64,000 nucleotides of DNA, from positions 9,751,541 through 9,815,540 of the forward strand of contig OZ199838.1 in assembly GCA_964304625.1 (NCBI GenBank), read 5' to 3'. A program made the position numbers and the translations under genes. The notes under the pieces are model-generated. The model was not told the DNA's origin. It did not search any database and saw only the letters and a list, made by a program, of their open reading frames with translations. This document shows, piece after piece, positions 38,939-50,793 of the stretch (position 1 is the stretch's first letter; each line of letters opens with the position of its first letter). The DNA comes from Kudoa neothunni (taxonomy: Eukaryota; Animalia; Cnidaria).

Positions 38939-39450
38939 CAGTGATTCCCAATCGGGATTCAACTGAACCCTCAGGGTTCGGTGAACTAGTGCCTGGGATT
39001 CGATGGACGTGGAAATTTCTTATTGTTTGTTCTGCGAAAACTTTTTATCAGATCCAATAATACTATAAGAAAGTTTCCTATTTTCATTGAACTACAAAGA
39101 TTGCCACAAAGACTAAAAGATATTTACAAAAATTAACTTTTTTATTCAAATCATTTATATTTTAAACTGAAGAATTAATGTAAAGTTTTTTCTGTGAAAA
39201 CTATTCCAAATTTTTACATGTAAGTATATAATTAATTTTAAATGTACACTTTTAACTCACACGTCAATAATTCGTCCATTCACGTATAAATATTTATCAT
39301 TATTTTAAATATTTAAAATAATGATAATTTTCAATAAAAATATATTTATTATCTGAGGACTTCATAAAGCAATCATAAAAAGACATGGGAGAAAATTTAT
39401 TGTCCTAAAAAGAAGCGGTTGGATAAGATCGAAAATGTTGAAATTTACTG
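38939..39450. mobile_element. Decayed hAT MITE (Buster-like ends)
   Basis: Left end cagtgattcccaatcgggattcaactgaaccctcagggttcg; right end ...aaaatgttgaaatttactg. No TSD. Confidence 0.5.
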
Positions 39451-39488
39451 AACTAGAGCTAGACGATGGACAATAGCTGTATTATACA

Positions 39489-40257
39489 TAGGGCATGCCA
39501 TTTTCGGTTTAAATCGATTTTTTCAGGATGGTTCGACGTTTATTTTTTTGGAGTGTTTCGGAAAGGGCGCCTCAATAAGAATAGGCATACAAAGATGTGA
39601 TTTGGAGCATATTATTGAGGATGGAATTAATTTTGAATTAGTTAAAATAAAATTGTTTACAAATGCTGCAAGTTAAAGTTACCTGAAAAATATGTACAGA
39701 AACATTTTGCATTATTGGAACATCGTTGAGTGATAGAATCGTTAAAGCATATCTCTCCTAGTTCCCTTCGTTATTTAAAGATCACAAAAATCAAAGAATA
39801 AAAGTTTGTCTTGTTTTAGCTGATGTGTATGATGGACGACCATTTAAAATAATAGATAATTACACAGGACCTAGAAGTTTTTCCTACAAACATTGTCCTT
39901 CAGCATGTTCATTTTCTAAAGTTAAAAACTTTTTTTGATAAGCACCTATCTATATTGTTTGAAAAAAAATATTTTAGCAATGCCAATTTTCCCGATAAAA
40001 TTTTTTAAACAAATAGTTGACTTCAATCGCAATTGAAATTTGTTGGAGATTAGGTGTGTTCTTTTGGATGAGAGAACATCTCGTTCGAGAGAAAAAATGT
40101 TTATGGTACTGTGGTTATATTAAAATAGTGAAATTAAAATATAATTTTATTATATTATATGTAATGTTAATTCGCGTTTTTTGCGCCATAGAGAAGTTTG
40201 CGCAGATTTATGTATAATCTCTCTTATGCACAAAAGCGTCGAAAATTACATGCCCTA
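39489..40257. mobile_element. hAT MITE with perfect 8-bp TSD
   Basis: TIR tagggcatgccattttcg / cgaaaattacatgcccta. TSD ATTATACA at 39481-39488 and 40258-40265. Confidence 0.9.
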
Positions 40258-40949
40258 ATTATACAACACAACAGACACGGTTGCGTACAATGAATTTAAA
40301 TTTCATGGGACTAAGACCTTCAATTTCTTAGTTAATACAAGCTTCAGTACAACAGATAATTCCCCAAAAAAGTTGCCAATGGAACTTTAGAGAAATTTAA
40401 AACAATTATACAAAATAACAATGAAAAGGCAAATGATGGACCAAGAAAATACAGACATTATAGTGTTTCTAACAGATCTCTCAATAAACGATGTCGCTCA
40501 AACTGTAATACGTGCAATCAATCCACATGTGATGAACAATTTATAAAGTCAATAAAATTTAAAATATGTTTTACTAAATAATTCATTATCCATTTATATA
40601 TTTCAATGTTTTTTGAGGGTGGACACAGTATCGTGTCCATCTCCAAGCATGTGAGTAAGTTTTTTTCCCGGGTATCGGAGGGTTAAGTCATTCTTCAGCG
40701 TCTTTGCTTATAGACGATGTAGGCAATGTTTTGTTCTCTAAATGAAAGATTATTCAGCGGATAAAAATTATTTTGTGACAAGTTTTAGTGATGCTAAGAA
40801 GTGTTCATTATTTTGTAGGATTTTTCGGTTATCATTTGAATTTTAGTTCACCACTTTTATCACAAGAATGATGTATGGTACTATAGAAAAACATTTATTT
40901 TAACGCTTTCACCGACAGGTAAAATTAGGAGATTAATTGCGTCATAGTA

Positions 40950-42280
40950 CCGGGTTTTGCACTCAAATCCAGACAATGTTGCACTCGAATTCATGTTTAA
41001 TAAACTGGTATTTTGAGTAATTTTTTCGATTAATTTAACGTTCATTCGTTATTCTAACTCGTGATTTTGTGAAAACAAATTTTTACTTTTATAAATTACA
41101 AAAGCTAGCAAATTAAGTAATAAGCGCAAAAATTCAAACAAGAAACAAATGAAATATCTGGAAATAATACTAATTGTTCTAACATTACTCACGCCCAATA
41201 TCTTGTAACGTATGCCAGTGACCTAACAATGTTTCAGCGTGCTGGAAATAATTTTTTAGGTGCGTTTCTGTGACAGGATGAGAATCATTCACCATTTTCC
41301 GCGACAGATCATTGGTCACTTGTAATGGTCCGTATCGGCGAACATTACTTTTAATTTGGGGAAGAACCTCTTCGCAGGGGTTTAGATATGGCGAATAACT
41401 CGGTAAATAATGGACTTCGTAAAAGTATTCATCACAGAACTCTTTATTTGATTAGTGGAACTTTACATTGTCCATTACTATTATGTAATGGCCTTCGAAA
41501 GAATATTCTTGAGTTTTGTCAAGAATTCTTAGAAAACAACATGGTTTACACCACCAAGTACAGCCTCGCAACTAACCACGCTAATGGCACTGACGGCGAG
41601 GATCATAATGACATTTCGTCCCATACCTTTTCGCACCACTGAGTTTGAAGTGGTTCCCACTCGCGAACACCCCATGGGAGCGTAGCATGTGGAGCGAAAA
41701 GGGAATCCCGTCGACAAAAAATAAATTTTTGTAGCGTATATCGAGAGGAAGCTCTTGATACCAATTCGCATAGCAGCTATGCTCCGACCTTACCTCCGCA
41801 CAGTTCCTACTTTTTGGAATAGGACCGTTCATTTTAAAAGTTATTTTGAATGCTTTAAGCCATCTCCAAACTGTTGTTCTATGAACCGACAAATCTAGCT
41901 TTTCGAGAATAGATTGTAGGGTTGTTGTGCAATCGTCTTCTATGAGATCAAGAAGACGTTGCTTAAGATCTTCGGTCAGTGTCACATTGACAGAGCCTCC
42001 TTTTGAGGTATTAAATGTTCTTTCCACGACATCATAAGCTTTTATTATGTCACTTACGGTCGAGCGTGGAACATTTATATCCCTAGAAGTTTGGGCTTGT
42101 GATTTACCTTTAAAAATCACCGCACAAATAACCAACCAATTTCCGTTTTTCGTTGTTGTGTTTAAATTCGCCGAGCATTATATTACTAATACTGTTCAAC
42201 GTGTAGCGGTTTACAAAGATAATTTCGATAACATCCTGAAAAAATTTAAATGTTGACCGGGATTTGGATGCAAAACCAGT
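40950..42280 (-). mobile_element. Tc1/mariner-IS630-like transposon, frameshifted
   Basis: TA-flanked TIRs (ggttttgca..caaatcc). The minus-strand ORF 41581-42135 has HTH motifs (VPRSTVSDII, VHRTTVWRWL) and FFVD. Downstream frames give VMDNVKF and an LNPCEE-like segment. Confidence 0.85.
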
Positions 42281-43378
42281 TAATATAGAGAGACATTCCT
42301 ATTTGTAAATGAAGAATTAATCCATTCTTGATTATCGCCATGAATTCATAAAAATTGTTCTTTATCTATATTTTATTAAAATTGCCAACCAAAGACGACA
42401 CTTTAACTAAATTTTGAATTTAATCAAATGAAAAAGCGGTTGCTCGAAAGGATAAAACTTGTAAAATTGGTTTAAGTTCATCCAAAATAAGAAGGCACAC
42501 CCCATGGGTGAAGCCAGGTAGTGGGGGCTAATATATATTCTAATTCAGACAAATATATGAAGTAACATGTTTTATTCTTGTATAATTATAAAAATGGAGA
42601 CTTCAAACAGAATAAAATTATTTTTATAAAATAATAACCCCTTTCTTAAACTATGGACAGTCGAAACACCCTACAGAAAATATTTCAATTGTCCATAAGT
42701 TTTACGGAGAAAATGACTTTAAACTAAATATTTTTATCGGTAGACTCAATATTTAAGGATAAAATTCAAATTTATTTATGAAAGTAGGTAAATTTAAACA
42801 TCGAATTCGACTATCCTCAAACATTCGCCGTTTCTCCTAACACGCATCTTATACATCATGCTTGCTAAATCCACGTTTTAGAAAATATGATAAATGGCAT
42901 AAATTCAACCTTTCAATATCATCATTTAATGACTTGTGATATTTTTAACACTACTGCAAAGCCTAAAACATTTACGCGTTTGAGTTTGGATTACGTTTAT
43001 GTGGATTCATATTAGGGTAGTGTTAGGAACTCTTAAGTGTATTACGATGACAATGTAGCTGCATCAGCTTCCACATAGGATGACTGAGATTCTCAGAAAA
43101 TCAAACGCATTTTTTAGAATATACATACTTTTTAAATTTTAAATGTAACCAAAAGTTTTCATAAAAACAATTCGAACCGTTATAAAATTAGACTATCGCT
43201 GTCATCAGTTAAGTACACTTCTCTCGTAATATTCAAAAAAAATTTACTCAAGATCTACTCTGTTGAAAACTGGAAAAGAAAACAATTTATATACATTTAT
43301 GATTAAATACAAAAATAATTACGGAAGAAAATAACAATATATAGAATTAGAAGCTCCCAAGCTATTATCATATTTTTT

Positions 43379-46300
43379 TTATTTTTGATTCTCTCTCGTT
43401 CTTAAGGATTGAATGACTTCATCAAACATAGTTTTACTCAGTAAATTAGAGTTGTTGTCATAAATTTCCGTGACCTAACTAATAATTACAAAAAGGATGG
43501 TTATGGGCAGTAAACTTCTTGTATAATATTTTCGGATTTTGAAGAGATAGATACTTCATACAACAATGAAACTAGAATCTTTGGATGTTCATTAAATCTA
43601 TGTTTATTAGTGAAAAATAATGTTTTTAATTTAATCGTTCTACTTTTGTTCAATATTGCTCCAATTTTCCTTTACAAACTCCCACACGACGTCACTTCCA
43701 TTCAGTGTTCTGGACGCAGTTATAATAAATTTACTAAGCCACTTCGTCGAAACAAAATCTGAGTGTATACTCTTATTAAGATATCTAGAAATCATATAAT
43801 GAGATAAATTCGATTTTAATAACTCTAATATTTTTTCAGTATTTTGAACTTGAGCCAGTGCCAGGTCTATTTCCTGTAGAAGTGACAAGTTATTTGTTCT
43901 CTGTTTTATTCCTTCTAAATTTTCCAGTTGGCTCACATTTCCATGCATTACAACTGCTAGAATCATATTTTTAAACACATTCACATGGTTCCTATATGGA
44001 AAGTATTTATTGGGATAATTATTAGTTTGCTACGGTATTTGTATGGTTGAATTTGCTCCCCATTTGTCAAAAGAATCAAGTAACGATTCAACAACTTTGG
44101 AGCAGTTATACCGAACACAGGATGGAATTATCATGTCTCTCTTGTAACTAATATAGTAATAGATTAATCACTCTACAATATGTACCTATTTATATAAGGA
44201 TCGAGCGTAGATATGTTTAAACTATTTTCCATCCTTGCATATGCTTTTACGAAAAATTCCTTATAAATTTTCTAAATTGATATGTTTATTGGAAAATGAA
44301 TAAATTTTTATGTGCTTTGTAATGAACTTGGTTTGCAAACGTTTCGTGTATCCGTACGAACTCCTCCATATACTCTATAACTGCATCCATAAGAAAACTA
44401 TCATTTTCCTCTTTCAAATAATCAACAAGTTCCCATCCATATGATGCATGCAAATCATAATTTCTGGTTTACGCACATTAACTAACGGAATAATAATTTC
44501 GTTTACCTCATTAAACGAACGGCATCAGATATAAGAGCATATTTCTCTGAAACGGTCAATGCCTATTTATTCCAAATTTAAAAATGTTATTAATATCTGA
44601 ATAACTTTGGTATTATTAGATAATTCTAAAATAAGGTTCCTCCATAGGAGCCAATCGTAGCTAGAAACATAATATCCGATTCGATTGCGATTAATCATTA
44701 TCCACGATATGTTTTCATTCGTTGTAAAGTTCTCTGATTATTAATGGAAGATTAAATTTATTTGATATGGTAAAATTACGTGTTTTCTGGGTAAGCCATA
44801 GTATTCCTGTACTTATGGTTTTACTTTCACTATATTTAACCTTGAAAAAAACGGGAATAGCCCATTGTAGCTCGTTTTGATCAATACTAATTGAATAAAA
44901 TTGGTAACGGAACTCATAAAATTGATTATACTTTAACTTCCTTCCATTCTTTGCGATAAATCTTTTATATCTGATTTGTATGATATGTTTTGGAGATGAA
45001 TCTAATAATGATACGAACAAAACAGCGAATCCAGGATTTGACGTATATGATCGAATCATATTGTCCACGTTTGCACTTTTGAACGTCTGTAATTATTAGT
45101 ATAGCTTCATAATTACTTAAAAAACTACATTGTCTATTAATTCTATCAAATCATTAGTATTTATTGATTTGTATGAGTATTTTTTCAGGTATTTTCGGAT
45201 GAATATGATGAAATTTTGTTCCCCAACCACTTCAAACAACATCCTGTACACTGCCCCACCCTATAAGAGTTTCTATTATTTATTTGTTTGCTAATAAAAA
45301 CTTTATTACCTTTAAGTACGTTTGAATGTCGAGACATGCCAAAGGATTTTCGATGTGATAGGAATACGGTAGAATTAATGGTTTTGCCCACTTTGATTGA
45401 TCCATGTCCATGCTTACTTCATAAAAAAACAAAAGCATTTCTTGATATGAATTTGGTCGAAGGAAATATTTTAGAGAAATATAATTGTTGATAAATGCAA
45501 TTAATCCTTCACTCAACCATATATGATTCCAAGTTTTGTGGCTGACGAGATTACCAAACCACTAGGGCAATATACTGTTAATATTTGTGTTTCAAGACAG
45601 AAGATAATCAATTAATACTAAAAATTTAACCCTTCTTTATCATTTACAGAATTTATATATTTATCACTATGGAACAACCAAATTATACTCTGAAATTATT
45701 TTTCAAATTTCTTTGGTTAAAAAAATACATACAAATTTGGTTTAACTAAATTATGGAAATCTTATAAAAAATTAAAATTATTAAAGCAATATTTTAAATA
45801 ACTATTATAACTATTACCATATAGTCTTTATAATATAAAATTGCGTTTATAATTTTTCAAAATTTTATTAAATAAACTTATGCTGAAAGTTTTGTTGTTT
45901 ACCAGTAAATGAATCATACATAGTACCTTAATTTATAATCTATATAGGCTAGGTTCATATAAAAATATATGAACTAAAAGTCATTTTAATACAACTTATT
46001 TAATGATAACTTACTATATACTCATATTGAAAAAAAAATGATACAGTACGTAACCAATTTCACGCACTTTTTAAAAACCTATTTAGTGAGAATGTTGATT
46101 GGTCATTGTTTATATAATATGTTTCTTATAATTTTAAAGATAATTTTTATAAAAATTATTTTAAAAAGTTGCTAATTAATGTAACCAAAAGTCACGTGGT
46201 CGACCAATTTCACCCACTTTTTGGGGGTACTTCCTGTTCGTTATTTAGTTAACTCAATATTTAATGCAAAAAAATTCGCATGACTGTATCAATTGCTGAA

Positions 46301-48620
46301 AAGTACAATATTGGTTGTTATTATTATGAAAATCTCCAATCTAATGACCCAAAAACTGCCACTGTATCACGTTTTAAAATATCTATTATCTCGACTCCTA
46401 ATGACATCCTGGAGACGAAAAATAAAATAATCACAACCTATAAATGTTTTTAGAATCTAAAAATAGAAATTATTTGCATGCAGGACAATTTAATTTTGTT
46501 GATGAAGATGTATATGAGTGGATTGAGTAGACACGTAGCAAAAAGATTGTAGTAAGTGGCGTCACGATAATCATCAAGAGAAAACAATTAGCCAAAGAAA
46601 AAGGCTTACCTTCATGTGCAATTCGTGGAGGGTTTCGCTGTTTAAAAAAAGGTCCAACATTTAAAAATCAAATTTTATTAATTAATCTGTTGATACTACA
46701 GCTGAAACTACTTCAGCGTGGATCGATCAAATCAGAACGTCTATAAAAGATACTCTGAAAATTTTATTTACAATAAGACGAAACTGCCTTATTCTACCGA
46801 TAGCAACAAGGGAAGTATTTCACAGATCGTTTAAAAACATTTTCGTGCTGTTGGCACGTCTCTCGAATTTTAATTATCTTTTAAAAATTAGTATATAATT
46901 AACTGACCTTTTTAGACGCAACTTAACCATTATTAAATGTCAATTTTTTCTGAAATAATTGCGCACGCGAGCACGTGAATTTTGACGTGACCGATTTAAC
47001 GCACTTTTATCTTGGTCCCGAGGAGGATTACGTGAAATTGGTTTCTTACTGTAATACCGATTAATAATTAACGGATATTAATACACGCATACACCTATGA
47101 CAGGAATAATTCATTAAATTTTTTATTTTATATATATTATTGAAACAATAAACTAGTTTTAGGATATTTTTAAAATAATTTAATAGTAAATGTAGTCAAT
47201 TTTCCTTTTAAATTATAGGGATGAAAGATATTACGCACAAAAATTAATCCAATTCTCGAATTTAAAGATAACTGAGATTTCATATAAATAATAGAAAATT
47301 ATGTCCAAAAAATAGGAATCTGGAAGAGTTAAACAGGTCGAATAGGTTAATGAGGTTTTAAGATTTACCTGGTGAATTATATTATGAATAATTATATCCA
47401 CATTTTTGACCACATTGAAGTTATTGTTCTCAAAAAGAATATCTTTATTGAAGAAAATCAAACCCAAGTTATTCATTTTGGCGTGTCGTAAATCAGAAAT
47501 TCCAATAATGTCCAATTTGGTCAGTTGGTAGGGTACATCTGTGAGCGATTCCATTATATTCAATGCCTTATCAGCTATTGGTAGAATATTGAACCCTCCT
47601 TCTCTAACATTTCCCGAAAGTATTATTGTAACCTGATGTAATTATTATCTATAAATATTTTATAATAACTACAGCTTACGTTGACTTTATTAGATGTGTT
47701 GGTAATTAATGATTGGCTAGGGTAATCATTTATTGAGAAAGCTAGCAAATGTATACTAATTGGAGGAGTTGGTTGGAAAAAAACAGAAACTTTGTTCGCA
47801 GATTTCATTTTCTACGTTAAAATTATATAACACACAAACACAAATATTAAAAGACAATTTTAGACTTTGGCGTATTTGAGAATGAGTTCAACGATGAGGC
47901 ATGAATAAGATTCAATACAAATATAGCCTTCATACTTGGGTCGTCGAAGCATGGAAACATTTCTTTTGCATAGTTGGGCTGAAAACGTGTTACAACAGCT
48001 GGCATAGAATATAAAAAATCTTTAACTGAAAGTAACCTTCTAATTCCGTTGTTGCCATGATGTATAATATTTTTAAAGGTGATATCCAGTTCGTACTGTA
48101 ATCCGAATTTTAAATTTCTGTTAAACGAAACAATGTGATGATCTCTTTTTCTATCCAATACACAAATCTTTCTCACCTTCAATATTCTACGAGTAGATTT
48201 GGGCATAACCAAACTGCTTTTATTATTCAGAGTAGTAATAGTTATACCCAATAGGTATAAATCTTTAGAATGTATGATGATCCTCCTAACTCCACCTTTT
48301 TTCACAACCTTGAAAAATATTTTTACTCGTCCACAATAATGATTTAGATCATCATTAAATTTGAAAGAGAGACGGTATTTTTGAACAAATATCCCGACGT
48401 TAGCTTTTGTAAAATCTTTGGATTTATTCCACCATTCGTATTCCTTGTTTCCACATATTTTAATTCTTTTTATTATTTGGTGATTTTTACCGTACGGGCA
48501 ACTCATTTCTTCATTTTTAATATCTTTATCGTCCAGTGGAAATCCATTGTTAATTCTACTAGCAGTTTTTTGGATAATAATAAGAAAAAATATATTAACG
48601 ACTGTCTTTATTATTCTCAT
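43379..48620 (-). CDS. M1 aminopeptidase paralog C; zinc ligands kept, catalytic Glu lost
   Basis: Signal-like N-terminus, FQPNYAKEMFPCFDDP, AKMNNLGL, HNIIHQ|WFGNLV...WLSEGL, TYLK|GGAV. 1,807-bp intron at 45562-47368; ends LRTRENQK*. Confidence 0.85.
46044..47051 (+). mobile_element. Tigger/pogo deletion derivative inside the intron of paralog C
   Basis: TA-flanked TIR cagtacgtaaccaatttcacg / cgtgaaattggtttcttactg. CENP-B-like HTH remnant VDEDVYEWI..TRSKKIVVSG and YN.DETALFYR. Confidence 0.8.
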
Positions 48621-49327
48621 ATTATTGAGTGCAAGAATCAGTGTGAGTCCCTATGGCTGAAATTCTGGCACCAAGTTGTCAGTATCGATAAAACTTCCTG
48701 TTGATATGCAAATTTTTATCTGTTTGATGCGCAATAAAAGTATTATTAGATATTGCATTTATTCAGATAGTAGAAAATGACTTTATCTTTTAATTAATTT
48801 AATTTTTTTTCTTTATCAGTAAAAAAAATAAATTAGTAATTTTATTTTTATTCGAAAAATAAAACTAAATTAGTGCAGATATTAATCATCGGTGGTTGGA
48901 AAAGTTGTACTGTATAATGCTAACCAAGCTCTGACGCCTAAGGCAGAATAGATTTTATCTATAGTAACTAGAAAACTAATTTAAAGGTCTATTTATTAGA
49001 ACCATTGTACCATGTTTCTCCGATTATAAGACCTATATTTATTCCTAATCTGGTTTTTAGTATAAAACCTAGTAAAATTCTTAAAATTTAGATATTTTGA
49101 ATTATATAATAAAATATCTTTAACAACGTAATCTTCTTAGGTACTTGATAATAACACTCATCAAATAATATTTTCCGTATCGTATTTCTCTCAATAAAAA
49201 TATTATTTTGTCTATTTAAAAAGGTCTTTCTAATTCTATTATATGATCTAAATTATTTGTAAGAAGTTTTTTATGTTAAAAAAATATAATCTTTACTATA
49301 AAAATAAGAACGAATACCCCTCATTAA

Positions 49328-50272
49328 TCCTCTAAGGTACACAAAAACGACTACACTCCAACGAACTTGGGGTCCTTTTAACCCCAGGTTTTTATTTTAC
49401 GATAGCTAATAAAAATAATATTTCAAAATGCCATAAAAACTTTAAGAAATTTCTACCGACAGAATTTTGAGAAAAATGTGATTCATTGGGCCAGTTAATC
49501 CTCCAAATTCCTATTCGGTAGACTTATATAGTGTTTCGTAAATTTTCGTTAAAATAAATCAACAAACTTTCATAATATAGAGAAAGAAATAAACATAAAA
49601 GAAACAAAAAAATTTTAAACATCGAAGCCAATAGATTTTTACTTTTGTAATAACGCAAATAGATAAACGATTTGACAAGTTTACTACAACAACTCTCGAT
49701 CAAGTTCGTGAACGCCATTAATACTAAGCAAATTATCGCGGCCGTGATGAATGTCACGATCTCACTTATTACAACTTTGAACATTGGTTATACCTGCTTG
49801 AATAATTAAATCGACAAAAATATCCTCACAACTAATGCATCGAGTGTTTATGTTTTCTCATTTTGGCGAGTAAACATTTTCAGAATACTTTCTTGAAGTT
49901 TGATTCCATTATTTCGGTTTCTTAGGAACAATATGAATCAGATGTTTTAGTTACCTTCTGATCCTTTGATTCTTAACAAGTAATGGTTGGCGAAAACACA
50001 ACAAATATTATACTGTCTAATTTTAAACATCCCACGTTGATTAAAAACCTATGAACTTGCATTCTAAACATGCAACATCTTTCACGCCTGATTTTATCGT
50101 TCAGCGAGCTTGTACAAAGTGTTATATTAGCTTGCCGAATTGGCTTAGTGAGGATGAACTTCCTCAATGAATCATCTTTTTCTCAAAATTTCGGTGACAT
50201 TTTCAAATATTTTTTATTAACGACCGTAAGATAACAACCTGGGGTCCAAAAGGCCCCAAGTTCGTTAGAGGA
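49328..50272. mobile_element. Non-autonomous piggyBac-type element (family 5)
   Basis: TTAA/TTAG flanks. TIR tcctctaa..cgaacttggggtcc...ccccaggtt at both ends; the left copy has a ~25-bp insertion. Confidence 0.7.
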
Positions 50273-50693
50273 TTAGACAAAAAATAAATATAAGATCTAT
50301 CTTGCATTGGGGGTAACATGTTAATTGAAATAATGTTTTGGCTAATTTTACATTTAAAATCTATTAATAATAAACTTCATTTTAAATATATTTTGGGGTT
50401 TTATGGTATATAATACTATGCACTAAATAACACTATTGCTATAACTGTCTAACGGAATTACTCATTTTTATGTAATCTCTATTAGTAGCAGACACCGATA
50501 ACATTAGTATCGTTTATGATGATCAAGCCCCCCTTTAAATTTTATTATTATGATACAATAAATAAAATTAAAGAATAAGTAATATTGATTATCACTACAA
50601 ATTATGTTTCCGAAAGGATTTCTGGACGTAAATTTTCCATTCTTTTGTAGAGCGCTAGATATAACTAACAATTTCATTATTATCTACACCTAG

Positions 50694-50793
50694 TGTTAGC
50701 TGCATGCATAGAGGCCATATTATAAAAAGCTACGATATATATATCGAACTAGGAATACTAAACGGTTGATTACTAATAATCACCTTGGTAACA
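50694..50793 (-). repeat. 3' LTR (100 bp)
   Basis: Identical to 54517-54616; contains the ORF stop codon. Confidence 0.97.

Larger units (their letters stand above)
37936..40682 (+). mobile_element. Internally deleted piggyBac (family 4) holding two hAT insertions
   Basis: TTAA at 37932-37935 and 40683-40686. TIR ccctccgat(g/a)cc; ggacac...gtgtcc palindromes. Acidic N-terminal remnant ~38700-38850 and Cys-rich remnant NKRCRSNCNTC ~40480-40540. Confidence 0.85.
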
